A stretch of 64,000 bases of DNA from Octopus sinensis (taxonomy: Eukaryota), in NCBI RefSeq assembly GCF_006345805.1, contig NC_043022.1, positions 6,572,001 to 6,636,000 of the forward strand, read 5' to 3'. The notes beneath the pieces were generated by a model. The model did not search any database. It was not told the DNA's origin and saw only the letters and a list, made by a program, of their open reading frames with translations. This document shows, piece by piece, positions 12,011-25,552 of the stretch (the first letter of the stretch is position 1; the number at the start of each line of letters is the position of its first letter). The translations under genes were made by a program, and so were the position numbers.

Positions 12011-13754
12011 AGAGTATATATACACACACAGATATATAAGTATATTTCTTTTTTTGTTTTTCTTATCTTCTAGTCAGGATGGAATTCTGTGCTCAAGGTT
12101 TCCAGAACTGGGGGCAAGTATTTTCCCTCCATCAAATCTGACCAAAATGTTTCCATTAGCAAGGACTCTGCTAAAGTCACCCATGTAGGCCATAGCAGGA
12201 TTTGAACACAGAACATAAAAGAATTTGGCCAAATACCTCCCAGCATCCAGTCCAATGTTTTTTTTTAAATCTACGAATCCACCATGTTAGATTCATACTT
12301 TTTTATTGACCTTGACAGGATGACAAGCCAAGACAACCCAAGCAGGACTTGAACTCAGGGCACAGACACTCACCATTCTCTCTGACACCCTAACAACTCA
12401 TCAACAATTCTACACCCCATACCTGGTGCAAGGCAACACCAGCTCCTTGTGGAATGCATTCACCTGTAGCAGATCTCCTGACATTTCTTCCCTGGGCCCT
12501 CAAATTACTACATGACCTTGATTCTTGTATTGACAAATGTAGCCCATAATTTGGTCAAGGATCACACCAACAGCAACCCCACCCTTGTACATGCACCTAA
12601 AATAGATTTTCAGCCCAACACTAGATGAGGACACCTTTGTACATAAAAGACGGTAGTTGTCTGCTAGTGTTGTTGGAGCTGTATGCCTAGTAAGTTCCCC
12701 ATGTTGGTCTCCTGATAAGGAACCATTCATGGACAAAAAGTCCAGGTTTTGAAAAAGGGATGTGACTATAAAGTACATAGGTGAGATCATTGCTGGACAT
12801 TCCACCATGCATAACTTCAACATCCTGGATTTCACGATTTGCTGGGCAATTTCAGTTTTGCCAAACCACTGACTGTTCCTCATTTCAGACCACTAATTAC
12901 TGCTGCTTCATGTGAGGTGTTCCCAATGAACAGTGCAGAGGTTCAAGGCCTTAAGGTTAGTTTCCGTGATCTTACTTATTCTATTTAGACACACACTATC
13001 ATCATCATCATCATCATCATCATGTAACTTCTGCTTTCCATGCTGGTATGGATTGGACAGTTTGAAAGGAACTGACACGCCAGAGGACTGTGTCAAGCTC
13101 TGCTATCTGCTTTAGCACAGTCTGTATGGTTAGAATGCCCTTCCAAATACCAACCACTTTACAGAGTGTACTGGCTGCTTCTTATATGGCACCTGCTCCA
13201 GCAAGATCACCAAGAATGTTGCAAAACAAAAACCCCCTAAACTGAGTGGTGGCTTTGTTCCGGGTGACAAGAGGCTAGAATATGATAGTGGCTAGGGAAT
13301 TGCATTCCCTGATTGCTACAGCATGGGGTTAGGGTGGTGTGTTGCATTCTTGAGCGAAACACTTTATGTTACTTTAGTGCTGTGTGGGGATTGGCATGTT
13401 AAAGAACAAACCCAACGTTTCCTTTACATATAATAAAAAGTGACTAGAAGAGGTTGAGGTAGGATTTGCACCCCAACCCTGTAAAACCTTCACCAGTGAT
13501 GACTACTCAAAACAGATCCATGGATCAGAGGAGTGTCACCTGAGTGGTACAGCAGTGGCATGCTATTAGAGTGCATGCCCACATATAACTACTAATATAC
13601 ATCATCATCACCATTTAACGTCCACCCTCCATACTGGCATGGGTGAGCCGGCCAGGCAGAAGCCTGTACCAGACTTCTGTGACTGTTTTGGCAGGATTTT
13701 GACAGCTGGATGCCCTTCCTAACACCAACCACTCAGCAGAGTTGACATATATAT

Positions 13755-13990
13755 ATTTATTTATTGCCCACAAGGAGCTAAACATAGAGGGGACAAACAA
13801 GGTCAGACAAAGGGATTAAGTCGATTACATCGACCCCCCCCCCCCCAGTGCGAAACTGGTACTTTATTTATCGACCCCGAAAGGATGAAAGGTAAAGTCA
13901 ACCTCGGCGGAATTTGAACTCAGAACGTAACGACAGACGAAATACCGCTAAGCATTTCGCCCGGCGCGCTAACGAGTCTGCCAGCACGCC
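13755..13990 (-). mobile_element. SINE family A
   Basis: Family A body with an expanded C-run. Confidence 0.8.
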
Positions 13991-14184
13991 AAGTTGACAT
14001 AATATATATTCATTCAAAGTTCTAGCCTTATTAAATCCCACCAGAAAATCTAGCTGAGAATTACATAAGGACACATATGTCCATGGAATACTTAACCACT
14101 TGGCATGCTAATTCAGTGAGTTGATCCTACATCGAATCAAACAAGTGAATGCTCCTATGTCAGAACCACCATAGGAATAGTCTA

Positions 14185-14237
<53 letters not shown>

Positions 14238-15065
14238 TATACATAGAGAGAGAAATATACACACAGATATTTCATTTTTTCTTTATATACACCAATCATT
14301 TCATATTCACCATTATTTTGCAATCAACCCATTTTCATTCCACAACTGACTACCACCACCCAACAATTTATTATAAGCATCATCCTCCACATCTCATAAA
14401 AACAGTAGTTTTTTTTTGGGGGGGGGGGCAGTTGTATATATAATTACATTTGCTTTGTTTTCCTTGTACATTCTGATCCCTTTGTGGAAAACCTTTATTT
14501 ATAACAAAGTTTCAAGGGGACCCCGTCTCTCTCAACTCAAGAAGCAAATATTTTCGGAGACATTCACATGTCTTGCTAGATTTACCCTAAGATAAATACA
14601 CACAAATTTTCTTTACGAAACTATATTCAACTTTCATGCTTTTCACACATTGGTTATAACCCCACTAATTTCTAATTAGTTATAGAGCACTTTCAGTAAA
14701 TAAATACCTCAAAAAGATGAATTACGATGCACCTTGAGAGGCCAATGTGCTTGTCTCATTACAACATGTTTACCTTGCTACAGCCGTTGATATTAATCGG
14801 GAGGTAACTCCAAAGGTAAAACAAAATTATTAAACATTAAACATCACTTTTTTTGCTGTTAATTTTTTTTTTTAATTAGTAAAATGCAATTTATTAAAAA
14901 TAGGAACATTTCACACATATAACAAGATACACTGGATTGAGACAAGAGAGAGACACAGAAGCATTAAGAAACTGCCAGGTAACTTTTGTTTGTGAAGATT
15001 TAACAAGACCAATCTCGTTTTAACACCTGTCGTAGAGTTCATCATGGCTTTGTTTTGCACAGTAC

Positions 15066-15446
15066 TCTTTTACTTGTTTCAGTCATTTGACTGCGGCCAT
15101 GCTGGAGCACCGCCTTTAGTCGAGCAAATCGACCCCGGGACTTATTCTTTGTAAGCCCAGTACTTATTCAATCGGTCTCTTTTGCCGAACCGCTAAGTGA
15201 CGGGGGACGTAAACACACCAGCATCGGTTGTCAAGCAATGCCAGGGGGACAAACACAGACACAAACACATACATATATATACATATATACGACAGGCTTC
15301 TTTCAGTTTCCGTCTACCAAATCTACTCACAAGGCATTGGTCGGCCCGGGGCTATAGTAGAAGACACTTGCCCAAGATGCCACGCAGTGGGACTGAACCC
15401 GGAACCATGTGGTTGGTTAGCAAGCTACTTACCACACAGCCACTCC
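15066..15446 (-). mobile_element. SINE family B
   Basis: Near-identical to 3597-3992. Confidence 0.85.
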
Positions 15447-16577
15447 AACAGGATTATTTTTGTTTTGGTGGAGTTTTGTGGGGGGAAATAGGGGGGGGTT
15501 AAGTCTAGAATTTATAATTGGTTCCTAATGCAAGCACACACGTCATTGTGGTTTCTTGTGATAAGCACAAGCCCACAGAGAAAGGTTAAAGCTTTGTCAA
15601 TGCAAATTACTTCAGTGCAACTTTTCACAGACGCAAACAGATTTTTATCTGATGAAACGTGTGTGTGGCGTTTATCTCTAGGTCAACTCTGTTCAATCAG
15701 ACCGGATCAATGAAGGACCATTCCACATCTTTAGGAATACCCACTCCATTATCTCAAACGTCTTTGTCCTTATGCAAATGTTGCACGATCCGATTGGAGA
15801 GTAGTTTGGCTGTTATTTCTAGCAGGCTAGGCACATTCGTTATATGTTCGATTGGCCATAGGTTAGTCCGGATCCAGCAGACCTATGATCAATGTTGTTC
15901 CAGACATGACCATCACGTTTTATTTCCAAACAGTCTATATAGATAGATCCAATGGGTTCTGCTTTAAAGACATTGAGGTGTGGTTTGAAGGGGAGTCGGC
16001 AATATCTCCCTCCAGTTCGGCGAATGTTGAAGCAACATATTAATGGATTGCTGGTTATTTGCGGAACAGCGAGAATTTAGCGGCAAAAACCCAAGGTATA
16101 GGACAATGTACAATCAACAACAAAAATAACGATAATTTATTTTTCAATAGGTATGAGGCCTGAAATTCTAGGGGGGAAGGGGCCAGTCGATTATATCGAC
16201 CTCTACGACCAACTGGTACTCATTTTATCGACCCCGAAACAATGAAATGCGAAGCCGACTTCGGCGGCATTTGAATAATAGTGATGATGATGATGATGGC
16301 GATGTGGACATCCTGAGAAAAACACTGTCAACCTGAGAATATCCGAGTCTTTTAAATTCGTTGAGAATAAGAAATATTACAGCAAACTTTTAAGGAAATC
16401 ATAATTGTGGGTAGCTGGTCCCTTTTCCTTGCAACAGTATATCATGGCTAAATCATAAATAACAGCCGTAGTGAAAAGTCCAACTTGATGTTAATTGACT
16501 TCTCTGGATGAAAGTTGGACCAGCTCGCACAAAAGCAAGTAACCACGATGGCACCGATGATAATAATAATAATAATA

Positions 16578-16793
16578 ATTTATTTCTTTACTACCCACAA
16601 GGGGCTAAACATAGAGGGGACAAACAAGGGCAGACAAAGGGATTAAGTCGATTCCATCGACCCCCAGTGCGTAACTGGTACTTAATTTATCGACCCCGAA
16701 AGGATGAAAGGCAAATTCGACCTCGGCGGAATTTGAACTCAGAACGTAACGGCAGACGAAATACGGCTACGCATTTCGCCCGGCGTGCTACCG
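16578..16793 (-). mobile_element. SINE family A (5'-truncated)
   Basis: Family A body flanked by (aat)n. Confidence 0.8.
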
Positions 16794-17559
16794 TTAATAA
16801 TAATAATCTCCCAAGATGAATGTCCAAAGATACGATTAACGTTAATATGGGTAAAACCCGTTTGAGACACCATGCTGCTTGTCTTCGTCAAATCTGACGA
16901 GACATTAAATGGTGATAAATTATGTTAAACGAACACACTGGTAGTAGTGGCATGAATGCTTTTCCCATAGGAAGAGAGAGAGGAAATATTTGCTAAGGAA
17001 ATGTAGTGGTAATAGTTCCAACCATTGATAAATCTGCAAGAATCAGGTCGTCACCAAAGAACTCAATTCGATTCTTCTTGGTGAACCAAATTCATTGAAG
17101 TTGCCTCCCATGAAAAATAAGAAGAAAAAAAAGAAGCAATTTCGCTTTTTTCTTATTTTATTTTTATTCCTCGTTATCTTTATAAGGTGGGCAGAAAAAA
17201 ATATTCTCTCCTTTTGTTAAGGGGTGGAGGCTCAAGACTAATTTTATTTATTTTTCTTTCATCTGAACCTATTTTTGCCCCTTACTTTATACAATGGTTG
17301 CTGTGGAAATATCAATGAAGAAGAAGAAATATGGTTAAACTCACACAAGATTTTAGCAAAATGGATTAACAGAAGGGAAAACAGAAATATCGGTAACCCC
17401 CCTCCAAAACATTAAAAAGGTGCCCTTCACCAGATCTCACTTGACGTTTTGCAACTGAAAATCTTAAGAGCTGTACATTGTTTTATCAATAATTGTTAAA
17501 TTTAATAATAAAAATCCATGGTGTTTCAGTTTTATTTTGTGGATTTGTAACAATATGTT

Positions 17560-17600
17560 GTTTATATATATATACATAATATATATATATACATATATAA

Positions 17601-17632
<32 letters not shown>

Positions 17633-18625
17633 CATATATATATATACATATATATATATACATATATACATATATATATATATATACATATATATACATA
17701 TATATATATACATATATAATATATATACACATATATATATACATATATACATATATATATATTACATATATACATATATATTATAACACATATATATATA
17801 TACATATACACATATATATATATACATATATATATAACATATACATATATATATAATATACATATATATATATACATATCATATATATATACATATACAT
17901 ATATATACATATATATATATACACACATATATATACACATATATATATATACACACATATATATATACACACATATATATATAATACATATATATATATT
18001 ACATATATACATATATATATATATAATATAATATATACATATATATATATACACATATATATATATATACATATATATATATACATATATACATTATATA
18101 TATATACATATATACATATATATATACATATAATATATATACATATATATATATAACATATACATATATATACAATATATATATATACACACATATATAT
18201 ACACATATATATATACACACACATTATATATATACACACATATATATACACACACATATATATATATACACACATATATTATATACACACATATATATAT
18301 ACACACATATATATATATACACACATATATATATATACACACATATATATATATACACACATATATATATATACACACATATATATATACACACACAACA
18401 TATATATATATACACACATATATATATATACACATATATATATATACACACATATATATATATACACACACATATATATATATACACACATATATATATA
18501 TACACATATATATATATATACACACATATATATATATACACACACATATATATATATACACACATATATATATATACACACATATATATATATACACACA
18601 TATATATATACATATATATATATAT
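17560..18625. repeat. ~1.06-kb compound (TA)n/(TACA)/(CA) microsatellite
   Basis: Almost only A, T and C on plus; TA runs punctuated by CA, grading into CACACA(TA)n units. Confidence 0.95.
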
Positions 18626-19493
18626 TACAGTAAAACTTCGGAATAACGAAAAGGGTCATTTTGTATTTTAAGCGGCAGCAATTAAAAAAATCACGGCAAT
18701 TAAACAGGTTTAGATGCATCCAAATTTAGTGGAAAAAAGGAAACAAAATTAGACTTTGTAATTATTAATGATTAATAAAAAAGGAAAATATTGTGGTAAA
18801 TAGTCGAATAGCTTTCAACGACAATATTGTATAAAATAAACTCCTGCGTGTGCACAATATATACACATAGATAAACATTTATATATACACATACATAAAT
18901 ATGTATATATATCATTGCTTGAATGTCTCGTTTAAAATACAAGAGAACCCTCACGGATCAACTCTATAGATTGTTCGTTTATTTAGGGAAATCAGTTTTC
19001 TTTTCCGAGTGGAAAACCTATTTTTTCGATCATTCTACGTTGTTAGAAAAGCAAAACCGTGTCTCTCTCCCCATTTTGTCTATAAATTTCTGACGCCTGT
19101 CCCAAAAGAAGCAACTTTACATCGCTTTAGATATCTAAAATAAATCACACACGCTTCGCAACGGATTGGTATAGGTTAAGAGAAGGTGAGTACGAGAGGG
19201 AGACGATTTGTGAACCCCTAAATAAGAGAGAAGAGGCGACATTCGAAGCCGAAACTACGTTTCTCGTTTCTCTTGTGGAGAAGAAAAATGGGAAAAAGTT
19301 GGGGAGGAAGAGAGAGAGAGAGACAAACAGGTTCTTTTTGAGGCGAGCAGGGTCGGGTTTAAATGGCCACGTCTCGGCATCGCAATACAATATATGTCCT
19401 TTGTCAATGAAATATGTATTAAAATGAGTGCGGACAGAGACGAGGAAGAAATAAAGCAAGAAGATAAACAACAAGTGAAAGACATCGACATAC

Positions 19494-19513
19494 CGCTTTT
19501 TAGCATCAGCCAT
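19494..19513 (-). CDS. NSRP1: NSRP1 coding exon 1 (MADAKK+CG)
   Basis: aaacATGG Kozak context, 20 coding nt then GTATGT donor (phase 2); joins exon 2 to give MADAKKRYGL; lies in a CpG-enriched region. Confidence 0.8.
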
Positions 19514-19600
19514 GTTTGACGGAAAGGAGTGAATAATCGCTGCTCTCTCATTGGTGCAATCTTTACTAATTAGGACTGGCCGTAATTAGGCTTAATGAAA
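19514..19600 (-). promoter_or_regulatory. Probable NSRP1 5'UTR/core promoter
   Basis: CCAAT motif ~35-40 nt upstream of the ATG on minus; local CpG enrichment at 19.15-19.6 kb. The TSS cannot be determined. Confidence 0.4.
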
Positions 19601-21629
19601 ATTGTAGGGGTTAATTAATTTTTAGCTAGGAGTAAACGTTTTTTTTTTTTATGGAAATATTCAGAAAAAAGGAGGACGAGATAAGAAAATGAAAAAAATT
19701 AATTAAGAGGCCTGAATCCGCAATAGTTTTACTTACATTTTTAAGAAGAAATCTTTAAACGATGAAATCTGAAAATTTAATTAAAAACAAGGATTGTTTG
19801 GTCAATCTGTGGATTTTAAAATATTTGTTGATCTTTAAAAGAATCGAACACGGAGCCTTTGAACTTTTGGTTAGATAAAAGTTCAGGCAGACTAATTTAA
19901 AGTTGGGGCAGGTGTAACAATAATTCTTTTGTTTGTCCGGTTTTTCTCTCCCGATTTTCTTCTTTTATTTTCCGATCTTCTTAGTTTTGCTTCCCTCTTA
20001 ATAAACATCCACTTCTCTTAGACTTCGATCCACATCTAGCATTCCTATTAACAAGAATATCCTGGTCTTTAATGGGTGTACCTTTACTACTCCGTTGTTA
20101 GGTCTGTTGACATTATTACACAAATATCTGTGTTTTCTGCACAAACTCTCCCGCCTGTTAGCATATTTCTGATATATTCCATTCTATATAATTATATATT
20201 TATATACACACAGAACCTAGTGTTTATGATTTAGGTTGTCGTAACAACCACACTTGATCGTTGTAGCTTGTGTGTATGTGTGTAGTGTGTGTGAGAAAGG
20301 AAAGCTGTGAAGCTGCTAAGCAAAGAAAAGCGAGAGCCGACCTCAATACTTACACGCGATAGAGTTTCGTCCCTCGAGGTTGGATATTATGAGGGGGAGT
20401 GGCCACAACCCACTTTGTCTCTCTCTTAGATTCATCAAATGTAATTCTTAACCACGATACGGGAAGAAGAAAAAATAAGCACTTGGGTTATTATAATCCT
20501 CTCCACTTACATCGCACCATTCCACCTCACCCGACGTGAGATATTTATTTTCGCTTGAGGCAAACAAATAAAAGTTTAAATCTCTCTTTTCGCCATAGGT
20601 AAACCCGGTAATAACTTTCGTTGCCGTTCGTAGCTCCACAATGAGAGAGATCTAGTCGAAGTGGGTACCAGCTCTGAAACTGGGTCGATTCAATCAACTA
20701 CAACTACACACAATCTCAATATTGTTCAAGATGACGAAACTAAAAATATTTTTGAATGTCGACGGCGGAATCAAAATTATGATTTCGTATGAGATTCGGC
20801 AGAACGACAAATTATATTACCGTGAGCTGTTTAATTATGGACCTTTTTGTTGTTTTCAAATCCCACTGCGATCAGTTTTGCCTTTCATCCTTCCGGAGCC
20901 GATACAATAAGATATTCATCAGGTACTGGCATCGATTTAATAATACTCGACAAAAAACGGAATTATAAAAAAAAATTAAACCTAGACTAAGGTCATCGCC
21001 GTTCAATGTGACACATCCAAGAAAGAAAAAAAAAAGCCTGTTACATAGTTGCAGGACGTACTAGAAATAGCAGCTAAATCTCGTTCAAATCACATCCCCT
21101 AAGTCTTAAAATGAAGTTTTAGATGCTCCTAAATCCAGATCTTTGCGGCAATATTTTTAGACCCTGTGTCTGTCCTTCAAGATTGACCTGGAGTTAAACA
21201 ATTACTCAACGAGGCGAAACAGTCTCTTAATGTTCCCGAATGAAAATTTCCATTTGAATAAATAAATTTGGACAAAACAGAAAGTTATAAAATTATTTTA
21301 AAAACGATTTATTTTAAAAAGAAGCGCAGGCATACATACATACATACATACATGCATGCATGCATGCATACATACATACATACATACATACGTACGTACG
21401 TACATATAAACACGTACATACGTGCATGTATGTGTTTATACATGGCTGTGTGATAAGAAGTTCGTGTCCCAACAAGATGGTTTTGGGGTCAGTCCCAGCA
21501 TGGCATCTTGGGCAAACGTCTTCTACGACGGTCCCAGGCCGATCAAAGACTTTAGAGTGGATTTGGTTGACAGGAACTGAATGAAGCCTACCCCCACCCC
21601 ACCTAATTGGATTAAACGAACAAAAACCT

Positions 21630-21830
21630 GGGATGTTATCTGGTTCTCCCCCACCACTTCCCCCCTTAATGTTTAGGCCTAAACTCTTCCTCACCCTACT
21701 CGGAAAACATTTCCCTAAATCTTGTCCCCTTAGAAAAATATTTAACCTCCAATTTATAAAATCGTCCTACTCCACCACCACCACCACCAACATGGCCAGA
21801 GTTAGCAAACATCTTAACAAGAATCTCAGA
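21630..21830 (+). mobile_element. Degraded Penelope-like element (Naiad-type) RT C-terminal relic
   Basis: VIWFSPP... LLGKHFPKSCPLRKIFN...SSYS.TTNMARVSKH resembles the PLE motif WFNPP..DKHFP..LHKIFNRN.VKVSYSC.PNM. Confidence 0.65.
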
Positions 21831-22189
21831 AATCCACAATCAGCTAACCCCCATCCTAACAAATTAACTCAACATAATCCCCAACTCCATACATATAAGC
21901 CCAAAACACCAATTGACCCCCTTAACCCTTATAATTCCACTACTAACACCCAATCCTCACTCCTCTCACTCCCTTCTATCTTCTTTTCATCCTTATTTCT
22001 CTCTACATTTATATTCTCCTCTCCTCTCCTCTGCTCTTTACACATTCTAATTGAATGTTCCATGTGTTAACATGTACCTCCATGCAACAATATGAACTTT
22101 TATTTAATCAAGGTGACCCTTGGCCTGACAAGTAGCCTGCAGTATACACCTCGCTTGGATATTTACCACTTCTGAGGTTCCGCTCATTA

Positions 22190-22760
22190 TGAAACATATG
22201 CGCGAGAAGACCCGGCAGGACAAGTGAGTCCATAACCCGTGGCCTTCTACATGGGACGGAGCCAGCCTACGTATGCATACCTCCCCTTCTTGGGACACAA
22301 AACTCTACTTGTGAAGACCTGTTGAGGCAAGTGAGGATCAGAATCGAAATCGATCAATGGAAATTGCAGATGTGTTACCAGTGCCGGTGGCATGTAAGAG
22401 AACCATCCGTTTCGCGACCGTTGCCAGCGCCGCCCCGACTGGCCTCGTGCCGGTGGCACGTAAAAAGCACCATCCGTTCGTGTCCGTTGCCAGTCTCGCC
22501 TGGCCCTGTGCCAGTGGCACATAAAAAGCACCATCCATTTGTGGCCGTTTGCCAGCCCTGTCTGGCCCCTGTGCGGGTGGCACGTAAAAATCACCCACTA
22601 CACTCACGGAGTGGTTGGCGTTAGGAAGGGCATCCAGCTGTAGAAACACTGCCAGATCTGACTGGGCCTGATGAAGCCTTCTGGCTTCACAGACCCCAGT
22701 TGAACCGTCCAACCCATGCTAGCATGGAAAGTGGACGCTAAACGATGATGATGATGATGT
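22190..22760 (+). mobile_element. 5'-truncated RTE copy (ORF end plus 3'UTR)
   Basis: Begins with gcgcgagaagacccggcaggacaagtga (compare REKTRQDQ* at ~52650-52677) and runs to a (gat)n tail. Confidence 0.85.
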
Positions 22761-23253
22761 AGCCCAGATCATCTTATCTACTCCATTCCTTAACTCTTGT
22801 ATTCTTATTCACACACTCAGCAACCCTGGACGCCAACCGTGAAATACAAAAAGAACATTTATCAGTTTATCATACTTTGATACGAAAAAAATCCACAACC
22901 TTCCATCTCAATAAACCACTATTGTCCCTGAATGCCCCTCCTATGTATATGAAGGGCCTGCCATTCCGTTAATAAATAAAGCAATTAAGGATATGCTGGG
23001 CACTTTATTTCAGTTCTCTCAGCTGTAGAAATGAGTTGTGATGTCACTGGTGCCAAGCTGTATCGGCCCCTTTGCCTTTCCTTTGGATTACATCAGTAGC
23101 ATGGAGAAGAGAGGTTGGTATGCAGGGGCGACTGCTGGTCTTCCATAAGCAACCTAGCCCAGACTTGTGCCTTGGTGGGGGAACATTCAAGGTGCAATCC
23201 TATGGTCATTCATGACTGAAGTGGGTTTTTACCCTTTATTAAGACAAATGCAG

Positions 23254-23640
23254 TGGAGGCGCAATGGCCCAGTGGTTAGGGCAGCGGACTAGCGGTCATA
23301 GGATCGCGGTTTCGATTCCCAGACCGGGCGTTGTGAGTGTTTATTGAGCGAAAACACCTAAAGCTCCACGATGCTCCGGCAGGGGATGGTGGTGATCCCT
23401 GCTGTACTCTTTCACCACAACTTTCTCTCACTCTTACTTCCTGTTTCTCTTGTACCTGTATTTCAAAGGGCCGGCCTTGTCACTCCCTGTGTCACGCTGA
23501 ATATCCCCGAGAACTACGTTAAGGGTACACGTGTCTGCGGAGTGCTCGGCCACTTACACGTTAATTTCACGAGCAGGCTGTTCCGTTGATTCGGATCAAC
23601 CGGAACCCTCGTCGTCGTGACCGACGGAGTGCTTTCATTC
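23254..23640 (+). mobile_element. tRNA-derived SINE (family C) with TSD
   Basis: A box tggcccagtggtt, B box ggtttcgattccc; 13-bp TSD AAGACAAATGCAG at 23241 and 23641; followed by an RTE RT relic (LAFVDLEKAF). Confidence 0.85.
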
Positions 23641-24553
23641 AAGACAAATGCAGGAGAAGTATGTAACCTGAGTAAGCTGCTGTGTTTAGCATTCGTTGAC
23701 TTGGAGAAAGCCTTCAATGAAATCTTTTGCTCTGTCATTTGGTGGTCTTTGAGGAAGCAAAGAGATATAATGGCTTTTGAAGGTCATACAAACCATGTGT
23801 GAGGTTGTTGTCAGCAACAAACTCAGTGTGCAAACAGGGGCCTACTGAAGCTTGGTCCTTAGTCCCCAGCATAGTTGTTCAGGCCACAGGATAAAGACCC
23901 CCTTCAGTCATGAATGACCATGTGACTGCACCTAGAAAGTTCCCCTCTGAGGCACAAGTCCAGGCAAGGTTGTTTTATGGAAGACCAACAGCCATCTATG
24001 CATACCAGCCTCTCCTCTCCACACCACCAATGCTATCCAAGGAAAAGGCAAGGAGCCCGATACAGCTTGGAACCAGTGAAGTCGCAACTCCTTTCTACAG
24101 CTGAGTGAATTGAAGCGAGAATCAAACTCACCATCTTGTGATTGTGAACCTGGCGCTCTAACCACTGAGCTACACACCATAACAGAGGAGTTTAAGACCA
24201 GATGCTAGTGAGAATTTCTGTATGCTGAGAACATTGTTTTTATTGCTGGATCTGTTTTAGAATTAAAAAAGAAATTCCAGGTATGGAAGTACAACCAGAA
24301 ATCAAGGGGCCTTGAAGTTAACTTAAGGTTTTAGTAAGTAGGAAAACAAACAGGGCTTTAATTCTATTAGATAAGTGGCCCTGCTTTGCATATAGGAAAG
24401 GTATAGGTATAAATCGCATAGGATGTACCGAGTGCAAACTAAAGACACACAAGAGGTGCAATGGAATAGCAAGAAGGGTAACAGAGAAAGGAGACTTTGT
24501 GTGTGGCAGATGTGCAGGAGCAATAAACACTAAGAACTCACAGCAAATAGGTT

Positions 24554-24968
24554 TGTAGTGATGCTACTGTGTAGGGTTCAGTGCGCATGCGCAGAATGGG
24601 ACTACTTCCGGGTGGCCACCGGAAGTCTTCCCCATGCGCATGTGCGGGAAACGATCCCTAAGGCCCGCTAAACTCGATTCATTCTCTCTGGCCGTCAGCC
24701 ATCGTGAACAGACGTGCATTTGGTAGACTCTGATAACCACACCGACTTAGCCGCGAAAGACATCGAACCACTTCAACCAACGAACAAGAAGCTGTACAAC
24801 AGATTCGGCTGTCGTTTTCCCATCAGATATACGTACACCATCGCAATTAATAAACAAACTGCTGTCTTTCACCGATAACCTGACTTCGTCTGTTATATCT
24901 AACTAAATTGTATGTGACGGGATCGGATCGACACCCTTTCAGTGATACCGATACCAGATCCTGTTACA
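24554..24968 (+). mobile_element. Solo LTR (Gypsy-like)
   Basis: TGTA...TACA termini, 4-bp TSD GGTT on both sides, internal AATAAA (~24848), CpG-rich compared with the flanks. Confidence 0.7.
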
Positions 24969-25170
24969 GGTTTCCTGAAATGACCAGGAAAATCCTCAGA
25001 AGTAGCAAATGGTTTCTGTTACGTAGGCAATTGTAATTAGCAGCAGAGGTGGCTGTTCTGAAAGTTGGGTTGTTGCTAAAATACAAAATGGCTGAAGAAA
25101 GTTTACAGAGCAATTACTTCTGTCAGTAACAAATAGTTTCTCCTCAAGAGTGGAAGACAGATTGTATATT

Positions 25171-25552
25171 CTCTTTTACTTGTCTCAGTCATTTGACTGC
25201 GGCCATGCTGGAGCACCGCCTTTAATCGAGCAAATCGACACCGGGACGTATTCTTTTGTAAGCCCAGTACTTATTCTATCGGTCTCTTTTGCCGAACCGC
25301 TAAGTAACGGGGACGTAAACACACCAGCATCGGTTGTCAAGCAATACTAGGGGGACAAACAGACACACAAACATACACGCACACACATATATATATACGA
25401 CGGGCTTCTTTCAGTTTCCGCCTACCAAATCCACTCACAAGGCATTGGTCGGCCCAGGGCTATAGCAGAAGACACTTGCCCAAGGTGCCACGCAGTGGGA
25501 CTGAACCTGGAACCATGTGGTTGGTTAGCAAGCTACTTACCACACAGCCACT
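25171..25552 (-). mobile_element. SINE family B
   Basis: Near-identical to the other family B copies. Confidence 0.85.

Noticed and set aside
12500-12883. 127-aa minus ORF as a host exon
   Set aside because: It has no splice framework or recognisable domain and is probably an old LINE relic.
17464-18719. Long Y/I/C/V-rich ORFs
   Set aside because: Translation artefacts of the TA/CA microsatellite.
19145-19513. 122-aa ORF as a single-exon gene
   Set aside because: Only the first 20 nt are coding; the GTATGT donor splices to 8840 and gives NSRP1.
20448-20639. ORF ending NPSAYFFFF as a second HMG exon
   Set aside because: It runs into a stop within a few codons, has no convincing acceptor, and adjoins SINE-like relic sequence.
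23254-23325. SINE heads as tRNA genes
   Set aside because: A/B boxes are present but there is no full cloverleaf; they continue into SINE bodies with TSDs.
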